Assembly: GCA_963716395.1 (NCBI GenBank) | Contig: OY970309.1 | Coordinates: forward strand, 128,001-192,000 | Length of the DNA stretch: 64,000 nt | Direction of reading: 5' to 3' | Source of the DNA: an uncultured Fibrobacteria bacterium | Lineage (GTDB): Bacteria; Fibrobacterota; Fibrobacteria; UBA11236 | Part shown: positions 18,160 to 27,069 of the stretch, one piece after another | Numbering within the stretch: the first letter of the stretch is position 1 | Layout: the number at the start of each line of letters is the position of its first letter | Program-made: the position numbers and the translations under genes | Notes under the pieces: model-generated | What the model was told of the DNA's origin: nothing | Databases searched by the model: none | What the model saw: only the letters and a program-made list of their open reading frames with translations

Positions 18160-19557
18160 ATGACCCGAAGTTTTTTCATTCCCATCGTGCCGATTTTAAT
18201 CTCCGCCTGGTTGCCGGCGTTCAGCCAGCCGGTCTGCCCCGTTTGGAACGACCCGCACACCGTCTTCGACACCATCGGCCCCGGTGCCGACCTGGCTTCC
18301 ACCGTGCGCCAGGCCGCTTCGGGGACCACCATTTTATTGCGCTCCGGCACCTACCGGGTTTCTTCGACCGTGCTATTCACCACCGACGACGTCACCCTGC
18401 GTTCGTTGAGCGGCAACCGCGACAGCGTCATCATCGACGGTAACACCGGAGGGATGCCGCTCCAGGCCTCCAACTTCGTGCTGGAAATCATCCAAGTGGC
18501 GGCTTCGAACGTCACCATCGCCGACCTGACCATCCGTTACGCCGGCGATCACGGCATTCACGCCTATGCGCCCGCCGACCGCGGCATCACCAACTTGCAC
18601 ATGCGCAACCTGCATGTCTACGACTGTTCCGAGCAGCAGATCAAGGTGAATTCCAACGGTTCGACACCGCTGTATTGGGTCGACGACGGATTGCTGGAAT
18701 GCTCCCTGGTCGAATTTCCCGACAATGCCCTGATGGAGCTCCAGCCCGGGGAGTTCTACACCGGCGGCATCGACGTACACGGCGGCTGGAACTGGATTGT
18801 GCGCGACAACGTCTTCCGCAATTTCCAGCGCAACGACACCTTGCTCGAAGCCGCCGTGCATTTTTGGGACAAGTCGCGCGGAACCCTGGTGGAGCAAAAC
18901 CTCTTCGTCGACAATTACCGCGCCATCACCTTCGGCATGAACACCGCGCCTTCAACCACCGACCGCGAATATCCGGACAGCGCCGGCGACAACCCCTATC
19001 TGGATGAAATCGACGGCATCATCCGCAACAACATGATTTTCAACCACAAGGGCACGCATCTCGAATCGGGCATGGAGCTGACCAATGTGGCCCAGGTGGA
19101 GGTTTACAACAATACTGTTTTCGCGGGCGACAACCCCTTCAGCGGCATCGAATACCGCTGGCCGAATACGCGGGTCATCCTCGCCAACAACATCAGCAGC
19201 TACAACATCCTGCAACGCGACAGCGGCCAGGCCGTTCTGGAAACCAATCTCGCCAATGCACCCGCCACCCTGTTCGTCGACGCGGTCAACGGCGATTTGC
19301 ACTTGCTCCCCACGGCGACGTCGGCTATCAACCAGGGCACCAAACTGGCGGCCGGCAAGGCCGACTATGATTACGATGGGCGATTGCGTGATGCCCATCC
19401 CGACATCGGCGCCGATGAATATGGCGCTTCTAGTCCTGTGCTCCCGTTGCCGCGGCGCCCCTTACCGGCGGGTTGGCGGATACTGCTGGGACCAGGTCCG
19501 ACGCTGATTTCCCCGGAGGGTCTCCCCTATTCGCTGCTGGGCCGGTTTAAGCCTTAG
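18160..19557 (+). CDS. Secreted right-handed parallel beta-helix protein (pectate lyase/NosD-like)
   Basis: Signal peptide; GTTILLRSGTY; Asn-ladder repeats (IVRDNVF, IIRNNMI, VYNNTV); GDLHLL...PDIGADEY tail. Confidence 0.8.
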   Translation: MTRSFFIPIVPILISAWLPAFSQPVCPVWNDPHTVFDTIGPGADLASTVRQAASGTTILLRSGTYRVSSTVLFTTDDVTLRSLSGNRDSVIIDGNTGGMPLQASNFVLEIIQVAASNVTIADLTIRYAGDHGIHAYAPADRGITNLHMRNLHVYDCSEQQIKVNSNGSTPLYWVDDGLLECSLVEFPDNALMELQPGEFYTGGIDVHGGWNWIVRDNVFRNFQRNDTLLEAAVHFWDKSRGTLVEQNLFVDNYRAITFGMNTAPSTTDREYPDSAGDNPYLDEIDGIIRNNMIFNHKGTHLESGMELTNVAQVEVYNNTVFAGDNPFSGIEYRWPNTRVILANNISSYNILQRDSGQAVLETNLANAPATLFVDAVNGDLHLLPTATSAINQGTKLAAGKADYDYDGRLRDAHPDIGADEYGASSPVLPLPRRPLPAGWRILLGPGPTLISPEGLPYSLLGRFKP

Positions 19558-19568
19558 TTTAAGCCTTA
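19545..19568. repeat. 12-bp perfect tandem duplication GTTTAAGCCTTA x2 at a convergent gene junction
   Basis: Read directly; spans the stop codons of both flanking genes. Confidence 0.85.
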
Positions 19569-21469
19569 AAGCGGGCCGCATGCACCCGGCGATACCACAC
19601 GGCGAACACGTAGGCCGACCACAAATATTGCTGGTGGGTGTTGTCTCCCGCCAAAAACCGCTTCCAGGCCGCCCGCAGATCCGCTTCGGGAATTTGCTCG
19701 CGCAAGGCCGGAATGGCTTCGCCCGCGAATAGGTTCTCTTCGATACGTCCGCGCCAGGCTTGACGCATGCTGCTTTCGACCGGGAAGGAGAAACCCGTTT
19801 TGGGCCGGTTGCAAATGCCGGGTTCAACCCGCTCGCGCGCCAAATTCCGCAGCAGCACCTTGCTCTCGCTCCCGGAAAATTTCAGGGCGGCGGGCAAGGT
19901 GAAGGCAAAGGCCACCAAATCTTGATCCAACAGCGGCGCGCGTAATTCCAACGAATTGGCCATGCTCATGCGATCGGCCTTGACCAATACGTTTTCGCAG
20001 AGATACAGCCGCGTGTCGACGTACAAAAGGCGCGACAGGGGATCGAGCCCCGCGGCCTGGTCGAACAAATTCCGCATCCATTCCAAAGCCGGGCGGCGGC
20101 GACGGCGGGCTGCAGCGCCGACTTCGTTTCCCGGGCGACGCGGGCTTTGATCCATCAGAAAGGCTTCGAGCGGAGAAACCGACAGGTTACGCCACAGCGT
20201 TTGCAGACGCAACCAGCGCGGCCATCCCGAAGCCGCGGGCCAGATTCCATGCAGCAACCGCGCCCCGGGCGCGCGCACAAAATCCGGCGCGAACCGGCGG
20301 ATTTTTTCTTCCCAGAGATGCGGGCCGTAGCGGAAGGAATAGCCGCCGAAGGGTTCGTCGCCGCCGTCTCCGGTCAAGGCCACGGTGACACGGCGGCGGG
20401 CCGCCCGGCACACGAGGTAGGTCGGAAAGATGGAGGGATCGGCCAGGGGCTCGCCCAAATGTTCAAGCAATTCCGGCAACAAATCCCCGGTTGCGGATGC
20501 GATTTCCAGCGATTCATGCCGGGCGCCGTAATACGCGGCGGCCCGGGCCGCAGCTTCGCGCTCGTCATCCACGCCCGCCAGCGCGGACTTGCCGCCGAAG
20601 CCGACGGTGAAGGTTTGCACCGGCGACAGCGACACCTTGGCCATGGACGAAACCACCAGGTTACTGTCGATTCCGCCCGAGAGAAAGGCCCCCAGCGGCA
20701 CCTCGCTAAGCAGGCGGCGCTCCACGGCCCCATCCAGCAGACCGGCCAGTTGTTGGCGGGCTTCGGGTTCGGGCACCGATTGGCGAGCCGTCGCGGCGCA
20801 ATCCCAATAGGTCCAGGTTTCCAATCCACGGCTCGAACAGGTAAAAGCCTGGGCCGCGCACAGCTTGTGCGCGTCGGCATAGACGGTATGCGGCGCGGGA
20901 ATGTAGCCCAGGGAAAAATACAGATCGACACCCTCCGGCGAGAGTCGGCCGTCCATGGCACCGCCGGCACACAAGCTTCCGAGTTCGCTGGCGAAGAAGA
21001 ATTTGGAACCGCGCCGGGCGAAATACAGCGGCTTTTTGCCGATGGGATCGCGCGCTCCGAAAATCAGGTTGGCGCGCGCGTCGTGCAGCACGAAGGCGAA
21101 CATGCCACGGAGTTTTTCCACCAAGGCCCGGCCCCACTCCCGGTAGCCGATGAGAATCACTTCGGTGTCGCTGTGCGTGGCGAAAGCATGCCCGGCCGCT
21201 TCCAAATCGCGCCGGAGTTCGCGGAAGTTGTAGATCTCGCCATTGAAAACGAGCGTGTGATTTTTGTCGCGGCTGACCATGGGTTGCTGGCCCGAGGACA
21301 AATCGATGATACTCAACCGCCGGTGCGCAAAAACAAGATGGGGGCTTTGCTGCCAGCCTTCTTCGTCGGGCCCGCGGTGGATCAAGGCGCGCGACATCTT
21401 GCGACCGGCCTCGGCGTCGGCCGGCGCCAGGGGCGCCTCCGGATCGAAAATTCCCGCGATGCCGCACAT
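19559..21469 (-). CDS. asnB: Asparagine synthase-like glutamine amidotransferase (glycan amidation type)
   Basis: MCGIAG, HRGPD, RRLSIIDL, FNGEIYN, LSGGIDS, TGDGGDE, KADRMSMANSLELRAP. Confidence 0.93.
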   Translation of the reverse strand: MCGIAGIFDPEAPLAPADAEAGRKMSRALIHRGPDEEGWQQSPHLVFAHRRLSIIDLSSGQQPMVSRDKNHTLVFNGEIYNFRELRRDLEAAGHAFATHSDTEVILIGYREWGRALVEKLRGMFAFVLHDARANLIFGARDPIGKKPLYFARRGSKFFFASELGSLCAGGAMDGRLSPEGVDLYFSLGYIPAPHTVYADAHKLCAAQAFTCSSRGLETWTYWDCAATARQSVPEPEARQQLAGLLDGAVERRLLSEVPLGAFLSGGIDSNLVVSSMAKVSLSPVQTFTVGFGGKSALAGVDDEREAAARAAAYYGARHESLEIASATGDLLPELLEHLGEPLADPSIFPTYLVCRAARRRVTVALTGDGGDEPFGGYSFRYGPHLWEEKIRRFAPDFVRAPGARLLHGIWPAASGWPRWLRLQTLWRNLSVSPLEAFLMDQSPRRPGNEVGAAARRRRRPALEWMRNLFDQAAGLDPLSRLLYVDTRLYLCENVLVKADRMSMANSLELRAPLLDQDLVAFAFTLPAALKFSGSESKVLLRNLARERVEPGICNRPKTGFSFPVESSMRQAWRGRIEENLFAGEAIPALREQIPEADLRAAWKRFLAGDNTHQQYLWSAYVFAVWYRRVHAARFKA

Positions 21470-21495
21470 GATGGATGAAGCCGCCCTGGTTGATG

Positions 21496-22683
21496 CTAAG
21501 GGCGCGTGGGAAGCAACAAGGTTTCCAGAATTCTTCCGGTCTCATCCCACGAAACGTGTGCGCGCACGAAACGTTGGGCCGCTTCAGCTTTAAGCCTCCG
21601 GGCTTCGGGGTCGGCCAGGGCCCCGAGCAGGCCCTGAAGAAAAGCTTCGGGTTCGCGGTCGGCGACGAACATGGCGGCGCGCGCCTCCTCCGGCAAACCG
21701 GCCGCGGCGGCCGGCGAAGCCAACACCGGTACGCCGGCAGCCATGGCTTCGAGAATTTTGTTCTGCACGCCGCGCGCGACTTGCAGGGGCACCACCACCA
21801 AGGTCGACGCGGCCAGATAAGGCCGCACGTCGGGGACAAAACCCGTGACCGTAACTCCCGAGTTTCGGGCCAGGGCCAGCACCGGGCGGTTGGGGCGCGA
21901 ACCCACCAGGTAGAACTCCGCCTGGGGCAGGCGTTGCCGCAGCCGCGGCCAGACCTCGGCGCAGAAAAACACGGCGGCCTCGGCATTGGGTTCGTAATCC
22001 ATGACGCCGATAAAGGTGAACCGCGGAGCCGCCGCGGGACTGCGGGGCAGGGCGCCGAAATAATCGCAGTCCACGCCGTTGGGCAGCAACGCCACGGGCA
22101 CGTTCGGAATCAACGTGCGAAACAAGGCGGCTTCGTTTTCGGTCACCACGCACGACACGTCAAAAGCCCGGGCAATTTTTTTTTCGTAGGCCAGCAAGAG
22201 GCGCGCTTCGCGCCGGTAAATCCGGCGGCGCCATCCCCGGCTTCGTAGGGCCAGATCCTCCCATTTTTTGGAATCCAAGTCGCAGAAATCCATGACGCGC
22301 CGCAGCTTGGGCAGTCTTTCGACATACGGCGCCATGGACGAGGAGAACACCACGACCGCGTCGATGCGTTCGGCCGCCACGAGACGGCGGATGCGGGCGC
22401 GCAAGCGACGGTTGAAGAAATGCCCCAACGACAGCGGCTGGCCGGAACAAAGGGCGCGAACCTTGCCCCAGAAATAATTCCAGCGCGTTTGCCGTTCCAC
22501 CGTCACGGTGGCCGCCCATTGCAGCATTTCGCGGCGCTTGGCCGCGTCGCGCCGGGAATCGAGCAGTGCCGCCACGTGCACGCGATGGTGTCGCGACAAG
22601 GAGCGGATGTGGTGGAAGGTGGCGATGCGATCGCCCCGATCCGGCGGATAGGGAAACCGTTGCGAGAGATAAAGAATTTCCAT
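21496..22683 (-). CDS. GT4 sugar transferase resembling the PEP-CTERM/exosortase-A-associated TIGR03087 family
   Basis: QRFPYPPDRGDRI, MDFCDLDSKKW, GVMDYEPN, ARGVQNKILEAMA. Confidence 0.88.
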   Translation of the reverse strand: MEILYLSQRFPYPPDRGDRIATFHHIRSLSRHHRVHVAALLDSRRDAAKRREMLQWAATVTVERQTRWNYFWGKVRALCSGQPLSLGHFFNRRLRARIRRLVAAERIDAVVVFSSSMAPYVERLPKLRRVMDFCDLDSKKWEDLALRSRGWRRRIYRREARLLLAYEKKIARAFDVSCVVTENEAALFRTLIPNVPVALLPNGVDCDYFGALPRSPAAAPRFTFIGVMDYEPNAEAAVFFCAEVWPRLRQRLPQAEFYLVGSRPNRPVLALARNSGVTVTGFVPDVRPYLAASTLVVVPLQVARGVQNKILEAMAAGVPVLASPAAAAGLPEEARAAMFVADREPEAFLQGLLGALADPEARRLKAEAAQRFVRAHVSWDETGRILETLLLPTRP

Positions 22684-22774
22684 GCGGGGAGGTGCGAAAC
22701 CGTTTCAGAAACAGTGAATGCTAAAAATATTCGCCGGGAAAGTTGCCCCGGCCGGGTCGCGGCGACGCAAACGC

Positions 22775-24250
22775 TTACTTTCCGGTGGCGACACGGTAGA
22801 TGCTGCTGCCGGCATAGCGGCGCTCCTCCAAAACGTGGCCGCCATTTTGCAGCAAGCGCCCAACCATATAGGCTTCCTCATTGTTTTTCGGCTGAAAGGG
22901 ATAGACATGGGAAAAAACCAGCCATACCGTTCCCTTCAGGCTGTCTAATTGCGGATTGTAGGCCGCCAACGTGTCGCGATGATATTCGCCTTGAATCAAA
23001 GGCGCGCGCGGTTGCCACCAACCGGCTAAACGGTAATACGAAACCTCTCGCAGCGAGGAGTAATAAACATAGAGCGGTTCGTTGTGCGAGTGATCTTGAT
23101 AAAAACTCAGGCTTTTTTTGATTTCCTCATTTTCAATCGGGAAACCGGCTTTAAGCGGTAGGACCATGGCGAATAGAGGAATCAGAAGGATGAGATCCGT
23201 CGCGGCGGCCAGTTTGAATCGGGAAGCGGATATCCGAAGTTTGGCGGCAAGACCCACCGTCCCCATCGCCACCAAGAGGATGAAAAGCGGGGTTTGATAT
23301 AACAGGAATCGCCCGTAAAAAGGGTAAAGTCGCAGCCAGGAGAGCAGCAAATGGATCAGGAGCGGCCCCAACAGGAACAGTAATATTCGCCCACGTTTTT
23401 GCACGGCCAAGCGGGCCGCAACCATCGCCGCGAAAGCCTCGATGAGCCAGGTGAAGCGGCCGAATTGAAAAATTTGCTCAAGCTGATTTTCGAGGGCCTT
23501 AATAATGAATTTATAGAATCCTAGGGAAAACGGGTTCCGGGGTAAAAACGAATTTCTCCAGAATTGCAGCATGCCCGCTCTCGACGGCTGATGGCGAATG
23601 AACTCCCAGTAATACACGGCGAAGGCGGCGCCCCAGAACAAAAACACAATCAAAAACCGGAAGTTCTTTCTACGCAGGCCGGAATAGGCCATCCATATTC
23701 CCGCAATGGCGAGGCTGATCACGGATATATTCGACATGAAAACGGCGACACACCCCGCGAGCGATAACACCGCCACCGCCAAAGTTTTCTCCGGACGCAA
23801 GCGTAAGGCCAGATAGGGCACCAGCACCGCGAACAACACGTCGACCATGTACTGCTTGGCTTCCGACGAGTAATAAATCAGCCGGAACGTGAGCGCGAAC
23901 AGGGCGGCAGAAAGCAGGCTGGCAGTTTGATCTTGGAGCAACTCCCTAGCCAAGAAATACAGCAAAGGAATGGAAGCAAGAAAACAGAGAAAGGGGAAAA
24001 GGCGCAAAGCCATTTCATCGGGCCCGAAAATCAAGGTCGCGGTTTTTTCCACCAGCAGAAAGCCGATGGGTGCGACTTGCAGGTGATCCAAAGGAAGAAA
24101 CAACCCGGAATAGCTTCGCGCCAGAATATTCAAGGCCAGCGTGGTCTCATCGTACCACAAGCTGCGGTTGTGAAAATATTGTATACAGGCCAAGACAACC
24201 CCTGCCGCAATTGCAGCCCAAATCACGAAGTGAATGGTTTTGGATTTCAT
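22775..24250 (-). CDS. GT-C fold (ArnT/PMT-like) membrane glycosyltransferase
   Basis: RSLWYDE after TM1, QVAPIGF, YYSSEAKQY; many TM helices. Confidence 0.8.
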   Translation of the reverse strand: MKSKTIHFVIWAAIAAGVVLACIQYFHNRSLWYDETTLALNILARSYSGLFLPLDHLQVAPIGFLLVEKTATLIFGPDEMALRLFPFLCFLASIPLLYFLARELLQDQTASLLSAALFALTFRLIYYSSEAKQYMVDVLFAVLVPYLALRLRPEKTLAVAVLSLAGCVAVFMSNISVISLAIAGIWMAYSGLRRKNFRFLIVFLFWGAAFAVYYWEFIRHQPSRAGMLQFWRNSFLPRNPFSLGFYKFIIKALENQLEQIFQFGRFTWLIEAFAAMVAARLAVQKRGRILLFLLGPLLIHLLLSWLRLYPFYGRFLLYQTPLFILLVAMGTVGLAAKLRISASRFKLAAATDLILLIPLFAMVLPLKAGFPIENEEIKKSLSFYQDHSHNEPLYVYYSSLREVSYYRLAGWWQPRAPLIQGEYHRDTLAAYNPQLDSLKGTVWLVFSHVYPFQPKNNEEAYMVGRLLQNGGHVLEERRYAGSSIYRVATGK

Positions 24251-24283
24251 GGATGTCGCTCCGACGATACCTCGGAGTACTTA

Positions 24284-25459
24284 TTACCGGGCTGGTTTGG
24301 ATAAATTGCCGCTCGGGTTCCAGTCCGGGTTCGGGCGTTCGTAGAACACAAAGTGTTTGCGTGCCAGGAAATTGAGCACCAATCCAATCGCCGTCATGGC
24401 CAGCTTGGCGGAGATGGGAGAAACCCCGAGATGCAAAAGTGCCTTGGTTCCGAACGCATCCACCAAGCCGATCAGCGAAACCGCAACGACATAGATGACG
24501 ATTTCCTGCCAAGGCCTCCATTGGGCTCCGCTGCGGAACAAGAAGGCGGTGGAAAGACGGTAATTGACCGCCGCGGCCACGGCGAAGGCCGACAAGGCCG
24601 AAAAAACCGGCTGTAATCCCAACCGCAACAGCCCCAGAAACACCGCCAAATTGATCAAGGCGCAGGTTCCGCCGATGACGAGATAAAAAAGGAACTGAAT
24701 CGGACCCGGAACTTTGGGAAGATTGTATTTCAAAATACAATACAAGGCCCGCACGCCATCGCGCCAATTGATTTTCTTGCCTTCGGCATAGGTGCGGCCG
24801 GAATAGCTGATTCCGACTTCGAAAATGCGCAAGCGTTCTTGGGCGATTTTCGCCACGACTTCCGGCTCAAAACCGAACCGTTTCTCCTTCAAATCCAAGC
24901 CCTGAATAACCTCCCGCTTGAAAACCTTGTAGCAGGTCTCCATGTCCGTCAGGTTCAAATCGGTGAGCATATTCGACAACGTCGTCAGGAAGCGGTTGCC
25001 CAAGGAGTGCCAGTAATAAAGCACCCGGTGCATGCTCCCACCCAGAAACCGGGAACCGATCACGACGTCGGCTTGATCCCGCAACAACGGAATCAGCAGT
25101 TTGCGAAATTCCTCGGGATTGTATTCCAGATCGGAATCCTGGATGCCGACGAAGGCATGGGTCACGATTTTGAAACCCGATTGCAACGCCGCGCCTTTAC
25201 CCTGGTTTTTTTCATGCCGTACCAAACGGATTTCCGGGTAACGCGAGACGAACTCTTCCGCGATTTCGCGGCTGCGATCCCGGGAACAATCGTCGACGAT
25301 GACGATTTCGAGCGCCAAATCCTCCCCGCGGATGGAAAGCACGCGCTCCAGACAACGTGCCAGAGTTTTTTCCTCGTTGTAGCAGGGAATGACAATGCTC
25401 AACCCCGTGATTCGTGGTAACGGGACGTTACCTTCTTCAGCTTTGAGAGAACTTTGCAC
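24284..25459 (-). CDS. Polyprenol-phosphate glycosyltransferase (DPM1/GtrB-like GT2) fused to a GtrA domain
   Basis: IPCYNEE, VDDCSRD, NQGKGAA, QDSDLEY, TDMETCYK, FGFEPE, then four TM helices of GtrA type. Confidence 0.9.
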   Translation of the reverse strand: MQSSLKAEEGNVPLPRITGLSIVIPCYNEEKTLARCLERVLSIRGEDLALEIVIVDDCSRDRSREIAEEFVSRYPEIRLVRHEKNQGKGAALQSGFKIVTHAFVGIQDSDLEYNPEEFRKLLIPLLRDQADVVIGSRFLGGSMHRVLYYWHSLGNRFLTTLSNMLTDLNLTDMETCYKVFKREVIQGLDLKEKRFGFEPEVVAKIAQERLRIFEVGISYSGRTYAEGKKINWRDGVRALYCILKYNLPKVPGPIQFLFYLVIGGTCALINLAVFLGLLRLGLQPVFSALSAFAVAAAVNYRLSTAFLFRSGAQWRPWQEIVIYVVAVSLIGLVDAFGTKALLHLGVSPISAKLAMTAIGLVLNFLARKHFVFYERPNPDWNPSGNLSKPAR

Positions 25460-25531
25460 GCTGCGCTCAATACCGATGGGGAACTTGGCTGCACAATATA
25501 AATACCGTAACGGTCAGGCCAAGGCCGACAT

Positions 25532-25573
25532 CCCAATCCGGGGGAGAGGAAACCCGCCATACCCCGGATTGGG
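25532..25573. repeat. 12-bp perfect inverted repeat in a divergent promoter region
   Basis: CCCAATCCGGGG (25532-25543) and CCCCGGATTGGG (25562-25573). Confidence 0.7.
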
Positions 25574-25728
25574 GCGGGCGTGTCCGGAAAAAGTTCGGGC
25601 ACCGGCATCCCCCTTTAACCCGCAAGTTCCGGCTGCACGGGATTGGAAAAACCGGGTCAAGGCCGATTGATTCCCCGCGTATCCTGTTTGTTACCCGGAG
25701 GTTATCCGGGTTAGCTAGGTTTGCCGCC

Positions 25729-27024
25729 GTGCGTACCCAAAATGTCAAGGCGTCGGTACCGAAAAACCTTTTCCGCCTGTTGTGGCTCCTCTTCGCTGTC
25801 TTCATCCTATACGGCACCACCATTCCCTTCACCTTTAGCCTCGATCCAAAATATTTGCACTCCCGCTTCGCCCAGATCGAATGGTACCCCTTAGTCTCGA
25901 AACCGGGAGACCACCATTCCTTAACGGACTATGTGCAAAACATCTTGCTTTTCCTGCCTTTCGGATTCCTCGGATATTTTGCCGTCGCCGAGAAACGCTC
26001 GCGGTGGAAACCCTTCGCCGTCATCGTTTTGGGATCCTTGCTCAGCGCCTGCGTGGAATTCCTGCAACTTTTTTCCGAAACCCGCGTGACCGCGCTTACG
26101 GATTGGATTTGGAATACCGTCGGGACCGTCGGCGGTGTTGGGGCGGGAATTCTGTCACGCGGCATGCTGCGGAATCTGCGTGCGCGCCCGAGTCTGCGGA
26201 AATTTTTAGAGGCCGAATACGCGTACCCCGCCTTGATGTTCGGATTGATCGTGGTGGTCGGATTCTGGGAGCCCTTCGATTTTACGCTCGACGTCGGCAG
26301 CGTGCTGCCCAAATTGCGCGAAGTACTCGCGCATCCTTTCGCCTTGGACCCCTCGCCCGACGACATTCTGGCCTTTACCCGCTTTGCCTTCTTCGCCTAT
26401 TTCGCTTGTCGCCTGTGTAGACAGGTTCGTCCGGGTTCCGAATACTGGGGAGCTCTTTGCGCCTGTGCCCTCGGCAATTTCCTGGAGTTTTCTCAATTCA
26501 TCGTCGCTTCGCGCATGCCCGAATTCAATGACGCCCTGGTACTCACCGCGGGCGTGCTCTTGGGATTCGGCTGTTCCTACCTCCCGTATTTCCATCGCCA
26601 TCGGATCGCTTGGGGAATTGCCTTCTTGGGAGGGTATGGCGCCGCCATCGTCTTCAAGGATGTGTTTCCCCTGAAATGGTCACCGGTTTCGGGCGGATTC
26701 AATTGGATGCCGTTTCTTCCCTATTTCCAAAACACCTCTTTCCTGTCTTTATCCGACTTCATCGAACAAATCATGACCTATTTCTGTCTGGGTGTGATTC
26801 CCGCCTATTTGTCCGGAGGTCGCCGGGTGGTTTTTCTGGCGACTTTGGTTTTTGCCTTCCTGGTCAGCGCGGGAATCGAAGATGTGCAACGCTTTCTGCC
26901 CGCGCATACCGCCGATATCACCGACATCCTGGGCGCATTGGTGGGCGTGACCATCAGCCAATTCGCGATCACGCGTGGAGGGTCCCTTTACCGGGAATAT
27001 ATTCGGCCGCATACGCAGAGCTGA
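25729..27024 (+). CDS. Multi-VanZ-domain membrane protein
   Basis: QNILLFLPFG, VEFLQLFSETR...DWIWNTVG; LEFSQFIVASR; IEDVQRFLPAHTADITD. Confidence 0.8.
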   Translation: MRTQNVKASVPKNLFRLLWLLFAVFILYGTTIPFTFSLDPKYLHSRFAQIEWYPLVSKPGDHHSLTDYVQNILLFLPFGFLGYFAVAEKRSRWKPFAVIVLGSLLSACVEFLQLFSETRVTALTDWIWNTVGTVGGVGAGILSRGMLRNLRARPSLRKFLEAEYAYPALMFGLIVVVGFWEPFDFTLDVGSVLPKLREVLAHPFALDPSPDDILAFTRFAFFAYFACRLCRQVRPGSEYWGALCACALGNFLEFSQFIVASRMPEFNDALVLTAGVLLGFGCSYLPYFHRHRIAWGIAFLGGYGAAIVFKDVFPLKWSPVSGGFNWMPFLPYFQNTSFLSLSDFIEQIMTYFCLGVIPAYLSGGRRVVFLATLVFAFLVSAGIEDVQRFLPAHTADITDILGALVGVTISQFAITRGGSLYREYIRPHTQS

Positions 27025-27069
27025 GTTGAGAGCCCGTCGCCCTCAGCCGCGCCGATTTACCTTTTTTGC

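Noticed and set aside
19559-21469. Lasso peptide cyclase / RiPP cluster
   Set aside because: It has an intact N-terminal Cys glutaminase domain, there is no B protein or precursor, and the neighbours are glycosyltransferases.
25729-27024. Glycopeptide resistance (vanZ)
   Set aside because: No vanHAX or vanRS genes; VanZ-like domains are common in glycan loci.
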